This document shows positions 13,465 through 25,625 of a stretch of DNA of 64,000 nt, piece after piece. The number at the start of each line of letters is the position of its first letter. The first letter of the stretch is position 1. This stretch comes from Macrostomum lignano (Eukaryota). The notes under the pieces were generated by a model. That model did not search any database, was not told the DNA's origin, and saw only the letters and a list, made by a program, of their open reading frames with translations. A program made the translations under genes and the position numbers. The stretch covers positions 124,001 to 188,000 of the forward strand of contig NIVC01001668.1 in assembly GCA_002269645.1 (NCBI GenBank), in the 5' to 3' direction.

Positions 13465-13945
13465 TTCCATCAAGCTGACATGATATCATCAAACTGACAT
13501 GATATCATCAAGCTAACATGACCCTATCAATCTGACATGATTACCATCAAGCTGACAAAATTGCCATCAAGCTGACACGATACAATCAATCTGACATAAT
13601 TACCATTAAGCTGACATAATTACTATCAAGCTGACAAAATTACCATCCATCTGACATAATTACCATCAATCTGACATAATTACCATCAAGCTGACATAAT
13701 TACCATCCATCTGACATAATTACCATCAAGCTGACATAATTACCATCAAGCTGACATAATTACCATCAAGCTGACATGATACCATCAATTTGACATAATT
13801 ACCATCAAGCTGACATAATTACCATCAAGCTGACATGATACCATCAATTTGACATAATTACCATCAAGCTGACATGATAGTTGATACCAACAAGCTGACA
13901 TGATACCATCAATCTGACACAATTACCATCAAGCTGACATGATAC
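13465..13945. repeat. 20-bp minisatellite (ATCAAGCTGACATAATTACC)n
   Basis: Direct inspection. Confidence 0.93.
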
Positions 13946-14008
13946 CCCTGTACACCTACACCGACACTTAATGACGACATCTATAGCAATAGAAAGGCTT
14001 CAACTCAC

Positions 14009-14589
14009 TTCCAGTCGACCAATCGAATGATAATCTTGCGCACAGGATTATTGATTGACAGGCAGAACAGCACCCGATTTGGCCTGCGGTCCTTTGGCTC
14101 CGTCCGGACCTGTCGTTGGGCGCCAGACCGGCGCTGCTGCTGACTCTGCGCCAGCAGAGCCGTCATCGCCACAGACATCAGGTCGTTTGCTGGCGGGGCG
14201 GCGGCTGCGGCAGCGGCGGATACTACAGCTGAATTGGGCTGGCCATGCAGGCGTTCTGGCGGCTGCAGCGATGAGGACGCATTTCTGCTGACTGACGGAT
14301 CAAAGCAAGCGCTAGGGCGAAGCGCCGCCGATTGCTGCTGCTGCTGTGGTAGTTGTTGCTGTTTCTGAACTGATTGCAGTGACTGTCGCCCTTGAGGGCA
14401 TCTGCGACTACTGCTAACCTCTTTCTGATTTTGCTGCCTCTTCTTCGACTGTTGTTGTTGCGACTGTTGTTGCCTCTGCTGGTTGCCCGGTCCGCCGCTG
14501 ACAACAGTTCTGTTTCTGTCGTTGCTGTTGTTGCTGCCGCTTGCCTGTTCAGCGCGCGGTCGGGTTTTCCCTCGGGACGGCCGATCCAT
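14009..14589 (-). CDS. Cav1: L-type voltage-gated calcium channel alpha-1 (Cav1), coding exon 1 (Gln/Ala-rich N-terminus up to ...RLVDWK)
   Basis: ATG at 14589 (MDRPSRG...). Ends RRPNRVLFCLSINNPVRKIIIRLVDWK, the Cav1-type pre-IS1 segment. Donor AA|GTGAGT at 14008 (phase 2) joins the next exon in frame. Confidence 0.88.
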
Positions 14590-15997
14590 GGAGGAAAGGA
14601 GAGCGAGAAGGGGGCGGCGCAACTCGCCCCGCGTGCGACCGACCGCTCGCGGCTGGGGTGGGGGCCGGCTGCGGAGGTTGGGGTGGGTGTGAATTGGTCG
14701 GGCGAAAGTTAAAGGGGGGTTTGGCTGGGCTGGGGTGGGAGAGTTGAGGTTATCTTGGCCTCAACTGCCCAGCCCATGGGGGGCCTGGAAGGGTGCCGTG
14801 CCTCAGCCAATCAGAGCCGAGGGGGTGGAGTTGAGTGACGATCAAAAACGCTACGGCCTTTCTTGCACTGTTTTGTTGTACCCTTCGCCTCCCCCCAGAC
14901 AGAGGCCACGCACGGATAGGGAGAGGGGAGGGAACAGAGGAAAGGAACAACAGTGCGCTTTTGCCCTATACGACAGCGAAGCCGGGGGGGGGGGGGGCGA
15001 TTCACCTCAAAGCTGCGCTGCACAATGAACGAGGGTCAGCCAACCGAGGGTGACTCTCCACCGATTGCCAATCACGTTTTTTTTCTTGGCCGACGGCCCA
15101 GAATACTATCGCATTGCGCAAATTAATGGTGTAAGTTGTTGAATAGAATACATACGCTCGTACACATGGTAGCAATAAAATTGTACATTGTGTGCATGGG
15201 AAGAGTCATATAGATTTTTTACTTCATGGGATCTTTTATGCTTGTTTGTAAACTTAGTACACTTAGTAAAAAATTGTGTACTTTCTGATTTTCAAGTTTG
15301 AAGAAGTATATTATGAGGCAGTATTGATGCTTCAGACTTGACTTACTATCAAATTTCTCACCCTAGCTCCCTTGCCTCATCACTCTATCTCAGTCTTGCC
15401 TTCAGAATCTTCCCCACAGCACAGCAACTTGAGTGCACTTTTAAAGGCGATAAAAGCGCCCGGCTGTATTGAGGATTAGGATGGGAAGTTATACTAACAC
15501 ACGCAGTGTGATCCGACTTAAGCGTTATCTAGGATGCCGGGGGCTTCGGTCGAGAGATCCTCATTCTCTCTCCTTTCCTCCCCCGCGCTCCAGCATTTGT
15601 ATTGCAGGGATTTGTTAGAGAAATCCTCAACGCTGTTGCTCCCGGGCGGCCTCTCCAGCTGACAGAGAGGCCCAGGCCGCCAGCCCGTCACCCAGGCTGC
15701 ACACATAATGGGATGCGATGCCTCCCCGCTTCTAGTTCAGCAGCTACCGCAGCAGTTCGGGCTGTAGTTTGTGGTTGGGAAAAGATTTCTGCAATTATCC
15801 CTTAGCCTGAGATTAGCGCCGCCCAGTGAGCTCTGACCGAACGCCTATTTAGCTGCCACCAGCTGTCGGTTTCTAGGGATAAATTTGACAGTTCCTACTC
15901 GAGTTTTAGAAGCGAAGAGGCATGCATAGTTATCGGAATTTATTTCCCTGCAGACAATCTAAAAATCTAAATTAGTTCGCTATATTATCCGGGAAAT

Positions 15998-17345
15998 ATG
16001 GAATCTCACTGACTGGGATCTCACTGACTGGGATCTCACTGACTGGAATCTCACTGACTGGGATCTCACTGACTGGGGATCTGACTGACTGGGATCTCAC
16101 TGACTGGGATCTGACTGACTGGGATCTCACTGACTGGGATCTGACTGACTGGGATCTCACTGACTGGGATCTCACTGACTGGGATCTCACTGACTGGGAT
16201 CTGACTGACTGGGATCTGACTGACTGGGATCTCACTGACTGGGATCTCACTGACTGGGATCTCACTGACTGGGATCTCACTGACTGGGATCTCACTGACT
16301 GGGATCTCACTGACTGGGATCTCACTGACTGGGATCTCACTGACTGGGATCTCACTGACTGGGATCTCACTGACTGGGATCTCACTGACTGGGATCTCAC
16401 TGACTGGGATCTCACTGACTGGGATCTCACTGACTGGGATCTCACTGACTGGGATCTCACTGACTGGGATCTCACTGACTGGGATCTCACTGACTGGGAT
16501 CTCACTGACTGGGATCTCACTGACTGGGATCTCACTGACTGGGATCTCACTGACTGGGATCTCACTGACTGGGATCTGACTGACTGGGATCTCACTGACT
16601 GGGATCTCACTGACTGGGATCTCACTGACTGGGATCTCACTGTCGACTGGGATCTCACTGACTGAGATCTCACTGACTGGGATCTCACTGACTGGGATCT
16701 CACTGACTGGGATCTCACTGACTGGGATCTCACTGACTGGGATCTGACTGACTGGGATCTCACTGACTGGGATCTCACTGACTGGGGATCTCACTGACTG
16801 TGATCTCACTGACTGGGGATCTCACTGACTGGGATCTGACTGACTGGGATCTCACTGACTGGGATCTCACTGACTGGGGATCTCACTGACTGGGATCTCA
16901 CTGACTGGGATTTCACTGACTGGGATCTCACTGACTGGGGATCTCACTGACTGGGATCTGACTGACTGGGATCTCACTGACTGGGATTTCACTGACTGGG
17001 ATCTCACTGACTGGGGATCTCACTGACTGGGATCTCACTGACTGGGATCTCACTGACTGGGATCTCACTGACTGGGATCTCACTGACTGGGGATCTCACT
17101 GACTGGGATCTGACTGACTGGGATCTCACTGACTGGGATCTCACTGACTGGGGATCTCACTGACTGGGATCTCACTGACTGGGATTTCACTGACTGGGAT
17201 CTCACTGACTGGGGATCTCACTGACTGGGATCTGACTGACTGGGATCTGACTGACTGGGATTTCACTGACTGGGATCTCACTGACTGGGGATCTCACTGA
17301 CTGGGATCTCACTGTCGACTGGGATATCACTGACTGAGATCTCAC
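15998..17345. repeat. 15-bp minisatellite (GGGATCTCACTGACT)n
   Basis: Direct inspection. Confidence 0.97.
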
Positions 17346-17689
17346 TCACTAATTGATTCACTATTAACGAGAAATAACTCGTGATAGAAAGCGATTGTTT
17401 TTTTTCGTTGCACATGCAACTGTCATTTTGATATCTTGCGGTCTATCTGAAACCCTGGGTCCCTACTGCAGTTTTGCTTAACTCGGTCAACTATAATAAT
17501 AATATATCAGTTTCTTTCGCCGAAATTTATTGCGAAAGAAAAATTCAAGACTTCGCAATCCGCAGGGGCTGAATTCCAGTGGTCGAACTTTAAGTTCTGC
17601 TTTTTTCTGTCTGACTCTGCTTTGCTAGCTGGCGTTCTTATGAAATGTACTTTGCATGCTTTATGTGTAATTTTATTGAAGAAATAGAA

Positions 17690-19532
17690 TGCATTCCTAA
17701 TCTAGAATGGATTGCTAATCTAGAATGGATTGCTAATCTAGAATGGATTGCTAATCTAGCATGGATTGCTAATCTAGAATGGATTGCTAATCTAGAATGG
17801 ATTGCTAATCTAGAATGGATTGCTAATCTAGAATGGATTGCTAATCTAGAATGGATTGCTAATCTAGAATGGATTGCTAATCTAGAATGGATTGCTAATC
17901 TAGAATGGATTGCTAATCTAGAATGGATTGCTAATCTAGAATGGATTGCTAATCTAGAATGGATTGCTAATCTAGAATGGATTGCTAATCTAGAATGGAT
18001 TGCTAATCTAGAATGGATTGCTAATCTAGAATGGATTGCTAATCTAGAATGGATTGCTAATCTAGAATGGATTGCTAATCTAGAATGGATTGCTAATCTA
18101 GAATGGATTGCTAATCTAGAATGGATTGCTAATCTAGAATGGATTGCTAATCTAGAATGGATTGCTAATCTAGAATGGATTGCTAATCTAGAATGGATTG
18201 CTAATCTAGAATGGATTGCTAATCTAGAATGGATTGCTAATCTAGAATGGATTGCTAATCTAGAATGGATTGCTAATCTAGAATGGATTGCTAATCTAGA
18301 ATGGATTGCTAATCTAGAATGGATTGCTAATCTAGAATGAATTGCTAATCTAGCCAAAGTCAAGTGAAGGAATAGAATGGATTGCTAATCCAGCCAAAGT
18401 CAAGTGAAGGAATAGAATGGATTGCTAATCCAGCCAAAGTCAAGTGAAGGAATAGAATGGATTGCTAATCTAGAATGGATTGCTAATCTAGAATGGATTG
18501 CTAATCTAGAATGGATTGCTAATCTAGCATGGATTGCTAATCTAGAATGGATTGCTAATCTAGAATGGATTGCTAATCTAGAATGGATTGCTAATCTAGA
18601 ATGGATTGCTAATCTAGAATGGATTGCTAATCTAGAATGGATTGCTAATCTAGAATGGATTGCTAATCTAGAATGGATTGCTAATCTAGAATGGATTGCT
18701 AATCTAGAATGGATTGCTAATCTAGAATGGATTGCTAATCTAGAATGGATTGCTAATCTAGAATGGATTGCTAATCTAGAATGGATTGCTAATCTAGAAT
18801 GGATTGCTAATCTAGAATGGATTGCTAATCTAGCATGGATTGCTAATCTAGAATGGATTGCTAATCTAGAATGGATTGCTAATCTAGAATGGATTGCTAA
18901 TCTAGAATGGATTGCTAATCTAGAATGGATTGCTAATCTAGAATGGATTGCTAATCTAGAATGGATTGCTAATCTAGAATGGATTGCTAATCTAGAATGG
19001 ATTGCTAATCTAGAATGGATTGCTAATCTAGAATGGATTGCTAATCTAGAATGGATTGCTAATCTAGCCAAAGTCAAGTGAAGGAATAGAATGGATTGCT
19101 AATCCAGCCAAAGTCAAGTGAAGGAATAGAATGGATTGCTAATCTAGAATGGATTGCTAATCTAGAATGGATTGCTAATCTAGAATGGATTGCTAATCTA
19201 GAATGGATTGCTAATCTAGAATGGATTGCTAATCTAGAATGGATTGCTAATCTAGAATGGATTGCTAATCTAGAATGGATTGCTAATCTAGAATGGATTG
19301 CTAATCTAGAATGGATTGCTAATCTAGAATGGATTGCTAATCTAGAATGGATTGCTAATCTAGAATGGATTGCTAATCTAGAATGGATTGCTAATCTAGA
19401 ATGGATTGCTAATCTAGAATGGATTGCTAATCTAGAATGGATTGCTAATCCAGCTAAAGTCAAGTGAAGGAATAGAATGGATTGCTAATCTAGCCAAAGT
19501 CAAGTGAAGGAATAGAATGGATTGCTAATCCA
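17690..19532. repeat. 18-bp minisatellite (AATCTAGAATGGATTGCT)n punctuated by 40-bp variant units
   Basis: Seven 22-bp inserts (AGCCAAAGTCAAGTGAAGGAAT) in clusters of 3, 2 and 2. Confidence 0.97.
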
Positions 19533-20564
19533 GCCCACGCAGTTGAGGGAACAGAATGAACTGCATAATTTTTTGTTTTATTTCGGCGGAACCGTTCAGT
19601 ACTGCATCTTGGCTGGTTGTATATTTACAATCCTGATGCATTCTGTTTGAAGAAAAATGTCTTAGCCCAAGAGTAACCGGTCCGATCTCTGCCCCAATAT
19701 TGCCGAATGCAACTGTGTAACTTCCCGAGTGCTTTATTGCCCGACGGGAGGCATTTAGGCCGGTAAAGCATGGCAGGTCCAGTTGGGCAGGGGAAGGCGA
19801 GGGCTCTCGTCTTTGGCGGTGCGCGCTCTCCATTTACGATGCAACAGATACTGCATAGAGGGAACATGCGGCATTAGACTTTTAGGCGGGACGGGGGCCG
19901 AACACTTGGAAAGGATTGTATAAAAAGGCTTCTGCGTCCACCCTTCGAGCGATGACTTGCGGATGCCGCAGAAATGATGCAGCACCGAGAGGCTGGCCCT
20001 GCAGGTCTAGGCTAGCTTGGAGCTTGGAGCTGGATTCCCATATAGATGGGGTGAAATTAGGCGGGGCAGGGGGGGGCACGGGGGCAGGGGGTCTCGACTT
20101 TGCCTCCTCCAGGTTTTTGGACGCGTCCAAAGAATCGCGTGTCGGAGGCAATCAATAGTGTCTGGGGGGAGTGAGATGAAGGACAGGAGGGCGAATCATA
20201 CCAGCTGCCGCGTTGTCTGGCGCGGTGGCATTTCCGAATGCTCCACGCAGTTCACCTCGAACCCTCGCAGCTGCCCCAGGCTGGGCCACCATCCCTATCC
20301 TTTGGAACATGGCTTACCTGCACCCCAATATTTCCTCCTCTGTCCTCTCTCTCCCTCCTCATGACCTGGCAACTTCTGTTTGACTTACCAACAGAAAAAG
20401 TCAGTGTGTGCGCGCATCCCGGGAAATCGAGGGTGAAGAGGGGATGGGTGTAGACAGTTGCTTTTAGTCTTCTTGTGTTTCACCTAGCAAGAGAATGCAG
20501 CCATGCACTTTTGCTGGGCGAATACTGGACTGCACACATTGATGGTGTATTGGTTCCCAGATGC

Positions 20565-23382
20565 GAACCCTAACCCGAACCATCAAACCCGAACCATCAA
20601 ACCCGAACCATCAAACCCAAACCATCAAACCCGAACCATCAGACCCGAACCATCAAACCCAAACCATCAGACCCGAACCATCAGACCCGAACCATCAAAC
20701 CCGAACCATCAAACCCGAACCATCAAACCCAAACCATCAAACCCGAACCATCAAACCCGAACCATCAAACCCAAACCATCAGACCCGAACCATCAGACCC
20801 GAACCATCAGACCCGAACCATCAAACCCGAACCATCAAACCCGAACCATCAGACCCGAACCATCAAACCCGAACCATCAAACCTGAACCATCAAACCCAA
20901 ACCATCAAACCCGAACCATCAAACCCGAACCATCAAACCCAAACCATCAAACCCGAACCATCAAACCCGAACCATCAAACCCAAACCATCAGACCCGAAC
21001 CATCAGACCCGAACCATCAGACCCGAACCATCAAACCCGAACCATCAAACCCGAACCATCAGACCCGAACCATCAAACCCGAACCATCAGACCCGAACCA
21101 TCAAACCCGAACCATCAAACCCGAACCATCAAACCCGAACCATCAAACCCGAACCATCAAACCCGAACCATCAAACCCGAACCATCAAACCCGAACAATC
21201 AAATCCGAACCATCAAACCCGAACCATCAAACCCAAACCATCAAACCCGAACCATCAAACCTGAACCATCAAACCCAAACCATCAAACCCGAACCATCAA
21301 ACCCGAACCATCAAACCCAAACCATCAAACCCGAACCATCAAACCCGAACCATCAAACCCAAACCATCAGACCCGAACCATCAGACCCGAACCATCAGAC
21401 CCGAACCATCAGACCCAAACCATCAAACCCGAACCATCAAACCCGAACCATCAAACCCGAACCATCAGACCCGAACCATCAAACCCGAACCATCAAACCC
21501 GAACCATCAAACCCGAACCATCAAACCCGAACCATCAAACCCGAACCATCAAACCCGAACCATCAAACCCGAACCATCAAACCCAAACCATCAGACCCGA
21601 ACCATCAGACCCGAACCATCAGACCCGAACCATCAAACCCGAACCATCAAACCCGAACCATCAGACCCGAACCATCAAACCCGAACCATCAGACCCGAAC
21701 CATCAAACCCGAACCATCAAACCCGAACCATCAAACCCGAACCATCAAACCCAAACCATCAAACCCGAACCATCAAACCTGAACCATCAAACCCAAACCA
21801 TCAAACCCGAACCATCAAACCCGAACCATCAAACCCAAACCATCAAACCCGAACCATCAAACCCGAACAATCAAACCCGAACCATCAAACCCGAACCATC
21901 AAACCCGAACCATCAAACCCAAACCATCAAACCCGAACCATCAAACCCGAACCATCAAACCCGAACCATCAAACCCGAACCATCAAACCCGAACCATCAA
22001 ACCCGAACCATCAAACCCGAACCATCAAACCCAAACCATCAAACCCGAACCATCAAACCCGAACCATCAAACCCAAACCATCAGACCCGAACCATCAGAC
22101 CCGAACCATCAAACCCGAACCATCAAACCCGAACCATCAAACCCGAACCATCAAACCCGAACCATCAAACCCAAACCATCAGACCCGAACCATCAGACCC
22201 GAACCATCAAACCCGAACCATCAAACCCGAACCATCAAACCCGAACCATCAAACCCAAACCATCAAACCCGAACCATCAAACCCGAACCATCAAACCCAA
22301 ACCATCAGACCCAAACCATCAGACCCGAACCATCAAACCCGAACCATCAAACCCGAACCATCAAACCCAAACCATCAAACCCGAACCATCAAACCCGAAC
22401 CATCAAACCCAAACCATCAGACCCGAACCATCAGACCCGAACCATCAAACCCGAACCATCAGACCCGAACCATCAAACCCGAACCATCAGACCCGAACCA
22501 TCAAACCCAAACCATCAGACCCAAACCATCAGACCCGAACCATCAAACCCGAACCATCAAACCCGAACCATCAAACCCGAACCATCAAACCCAAACCATC
22601 AAACCCGAACCATCAAACCCGAACCATCAAACCCAAACCATCAGACCCAAACCATCAGACCCGAACCATCAAACCCGAACCATCAAACCCGAACCATCAA
22701 ACCCAAACCATCAAACCCGAACCATCAAACCCGAACCATCAAACCCAAACCATCAGACCCGAACCATCAGACCCGAACCATCAAACCCGAACCATCAGAC
22801 CCGAACCATCAAACCCGAACCATCAGACCCGAACCATCAAACCCAAACCATCAGACCCAAACCATCAGACCCGAACCATCAAACCCGAACCATCAAACCC
22901 GAACCATCAAACCCGAACCATCAAACCCGAACAATCAAATCCGAACCATCAAACCCGAACCATCAAACCCGAACCATCAAACCCGAACCATCAAACCCGA
23001 ACCATCAAACCCGAACCATCAAACCCGAACCATCAAACCCGAACAATCAAACCCGAACAATCAAATCCGAACCATCAAACCCGAACCATCAGACCCGAAC
23101 CATCAAACCCGAACCATCAAACCCGAACCATCAAACCCGAACCATCAAACCCGAACAATCAAACCCGAACAATCAAATACGAACCATCAAACCCGAACAA
23201 TCAAATACGAACCATCAAACCCGAACCATCAAACCCGAACAATCAAACCCGAACAATCAAATCCGAACCATCAAACCCGAACAATCAAATACGAACCATC
23301 AAACCCGAACAATCAAATACGAACCATCAAACCCGAACCATCAAACCCGAACAATCAAACCCGAACAATCAAATCCGAACCA
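20565..23382. repeat. 14-bp minisatellite (AACCATCAAACCCG)n, 2.8 kb
   Basis: Direct inspection; 336-bp higher-order repeat (22301 vs 22637). Confidence 0.97.
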
Positions 23383-24394
23383 TACTCAGGAGGCAGAAAC
23401 GTAACAAGAGTGTCAAACCAGAAGGTGCAGGAGTTTTGGGATGCCAAATATTTGATTCAAGGTATCCGGAACGCATCTACAATAAACGAACCACGAGACA
23501 AAGAAGTCGATAATTTTTTTCTGTACCTTCCTGCCTACTATCAGTAAAATAGTTGTAAAATTGACACCTGAAGTTTCACGAGTCTGTCTCACAGACTGAA
23601 GAATTCACATTCTCAAAGACAGATCGAAATTTCACAATCAGAAATTAGGAACTGAGAAGCTTTCAAATATATTTTGATTCATTCAATTTATTGATTCTAT
23701 TAAAAAATGCAGGTACACCAAGTCCTTTTGAAAAGTGCATAACAAACGTCTAGTCAAAATAATTTGTAGGAAGTGAAAATTGAGGGAATGAAATTGGGAA
23801 GCGCCACTCGGGGACATCCCAGTCCACCAGATGGGGTGGAATTTTATTTTCAATCAATTTTACACCCAGCGGGGTGGGGGGGGGGGACACTGCCCGTGGC
23901 CATCGAGCCGGGGTTACTAAAGCGAGACGAAGCAGAGTTTCCCGCTTTGGAAAAGACGACATTTGAGGTACTATTGCTCTTAACCTGGCGTCTTATCTTT
24001 TTCCTCAGCTCCAGCTTTGCTCAAGACTTTTAGTTTGAGCCGAAAGCTATATGGAGGATACGTAAAAGGTGGGGATCGAGATGAGGAGACCTATGCGCGT
24101 GATTGGGATCTGAAGTAAACACTGGCCTGAGCTGCCTCCGTGCCAACTGGGTCCGGCGTGCAGCCGCCTTGAGCTGAGGGAAGATCTACTCATTCGCGCA
24201 TACAGCTTGCAAGTGTGTTAAAATAGTATAGCCCGAGATTTGCACCTTTGCTTCTTTACTCTTTGCCTGTATTAGCTGCTTTTTAAACTGACTGCCGACA
24301 TGTAGCGTTGTTAAATTGATCCAAGGGGAACTGACTGCAATTGTTGCATTTGGTCAGACCGTGCGATACTGAGAGAATACTGGGATGCGATCTG

Positions 24395-24825
24395 GGGAGA
24401 AGAGAGAGGAAAGGAGACGAAAGGAGAGGAAAGGAGAGGAGAGGAGAGAAGAGGTGAGGAGAGGAGAGGAGAGGTGAGGTGAGGTAAGGAGAGGAGAGGA
24501 GAAGAGAGGAGAGGAGAGGAGAGGAGAGGAGAGGAGAGGAGAGGAGAGGAGAGGAGAGGAGAGGAGAGGAGAGGAGAGGAGAGGAGAGGAGAGGAGAGGA
24601 GAGGAGAGGAGAGGAGAGGAGAGGACAGGAGAGAGAGGACAGGAGAGGAGAGGTGAGGAGAGGAGAGGTGAGGAGAGGAGATGAGAGGTGAGGTGAGGTG
24701 AGGAGAGGAGAGGAAAGGAGAGGAGAGGAGAGGAGCGGAGAGGAGAGGAGAGGAGAGGAGCGGAGAGGAGAGGAGAGGAACGGAGAGGAGAGGAGAGGAG
24801 CGGAGAGGAGAGGAGAGGAGCGGAA
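24395..24825. repeat. (GAGGA)n pentanucleotide
   Basis: Direct inspection. Confidence 0.95.
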
Positions 24826-25625
24826 AACACAGAAGATCACAGGGAAAGAAGGCAGGCATGAAGTCAAAAATAGCCATTAAGACTCCAGTCGGCGATTAAA
24901 ATTATTTTTTATCACGGTAATATAAGTCAGTAAAAATAGCGGCTGGCCCAGTTCGCCCACTGAGCAATATGAGACATAAATTTCATTACGCAACAGTTTC
25001 AGCCGGCGATGACATTAAAATGTTACGGAGAGGCACCTGTGTCCCCATCGTCCCTGCTTAATAAGCCTGGATTAGGAGATCGCAAAGACAACCCGTTGCT
25101 GGGGGAGGTGAGGTGGGGATTGGGACGAATCTGCAGCCGGTGCTCGCAGCGGGGGGCTGCAGGAGAAGAAGGGATCGAAGGAGGAAGCGAGACGGGCTGG
25201 GAAGAGGCCACAGGGGATGCCAGGTTGGCCCTTTAGGAAGTCGCATTGGACGGCCTCGCCCTTGCCTGCCCGGGACGCGGCGGAAACCTCCCATAGGGAT
25301 AATAATCCCAGTCATTTCTGCCTAGTTAATATTACGCGCGTGTACTTATACAAAATTTGCATCTCCGCTGCTTGAATCCCAGGAGCTCAAACCCTTCTCT
25401 CCGCCCCTCAAAGGACTCCGCTTTGATATTCATTGCCGGCACCAGACGGCTATGGGAAACTTACTTCGGCTGACTCGGGCATCGATGGCTAAGGCTGGTT
25501 TATTCTTTGAATAAAAATGACCCCGATATTGAGCAGGAGTGCTGAATACGGACAGATAGTTTGTCTGTTTAGTTGTAAACTAAACACCTGTTTGAGTGGC
25601 GCCACATCTGATTGGCGCAACATCT

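Noticed and set aside
18351-18470. Resemblance of AAAGTCAAGTGAAGGAAT to the 28S segment AATGTCAAAGTGAAGAAAT
   Set aside because: Too short and gapped to distinguish from chance.
17638-19467. CRISPR-like look and LEWIAN / RLAIHS ORFs
   Set aside because: The inserts are identical rather than unique spacers, there are no cas genes, the context is eukaryotic, and the ORFs are repeat artefacts.
19525-20453. Cluster of short GC-rich ORFs (likewise 9890-10526 and 25009-25325)
   Set aside because: No homology recognised, open on both strands, and no phase-compatible exon chain found.
20561-23404. 947-aa ORF
   Set aside because: The 14-bp unit is not a multiple of 3 and cycles through frames; it is a pure satellite with no splice or domain evidence.
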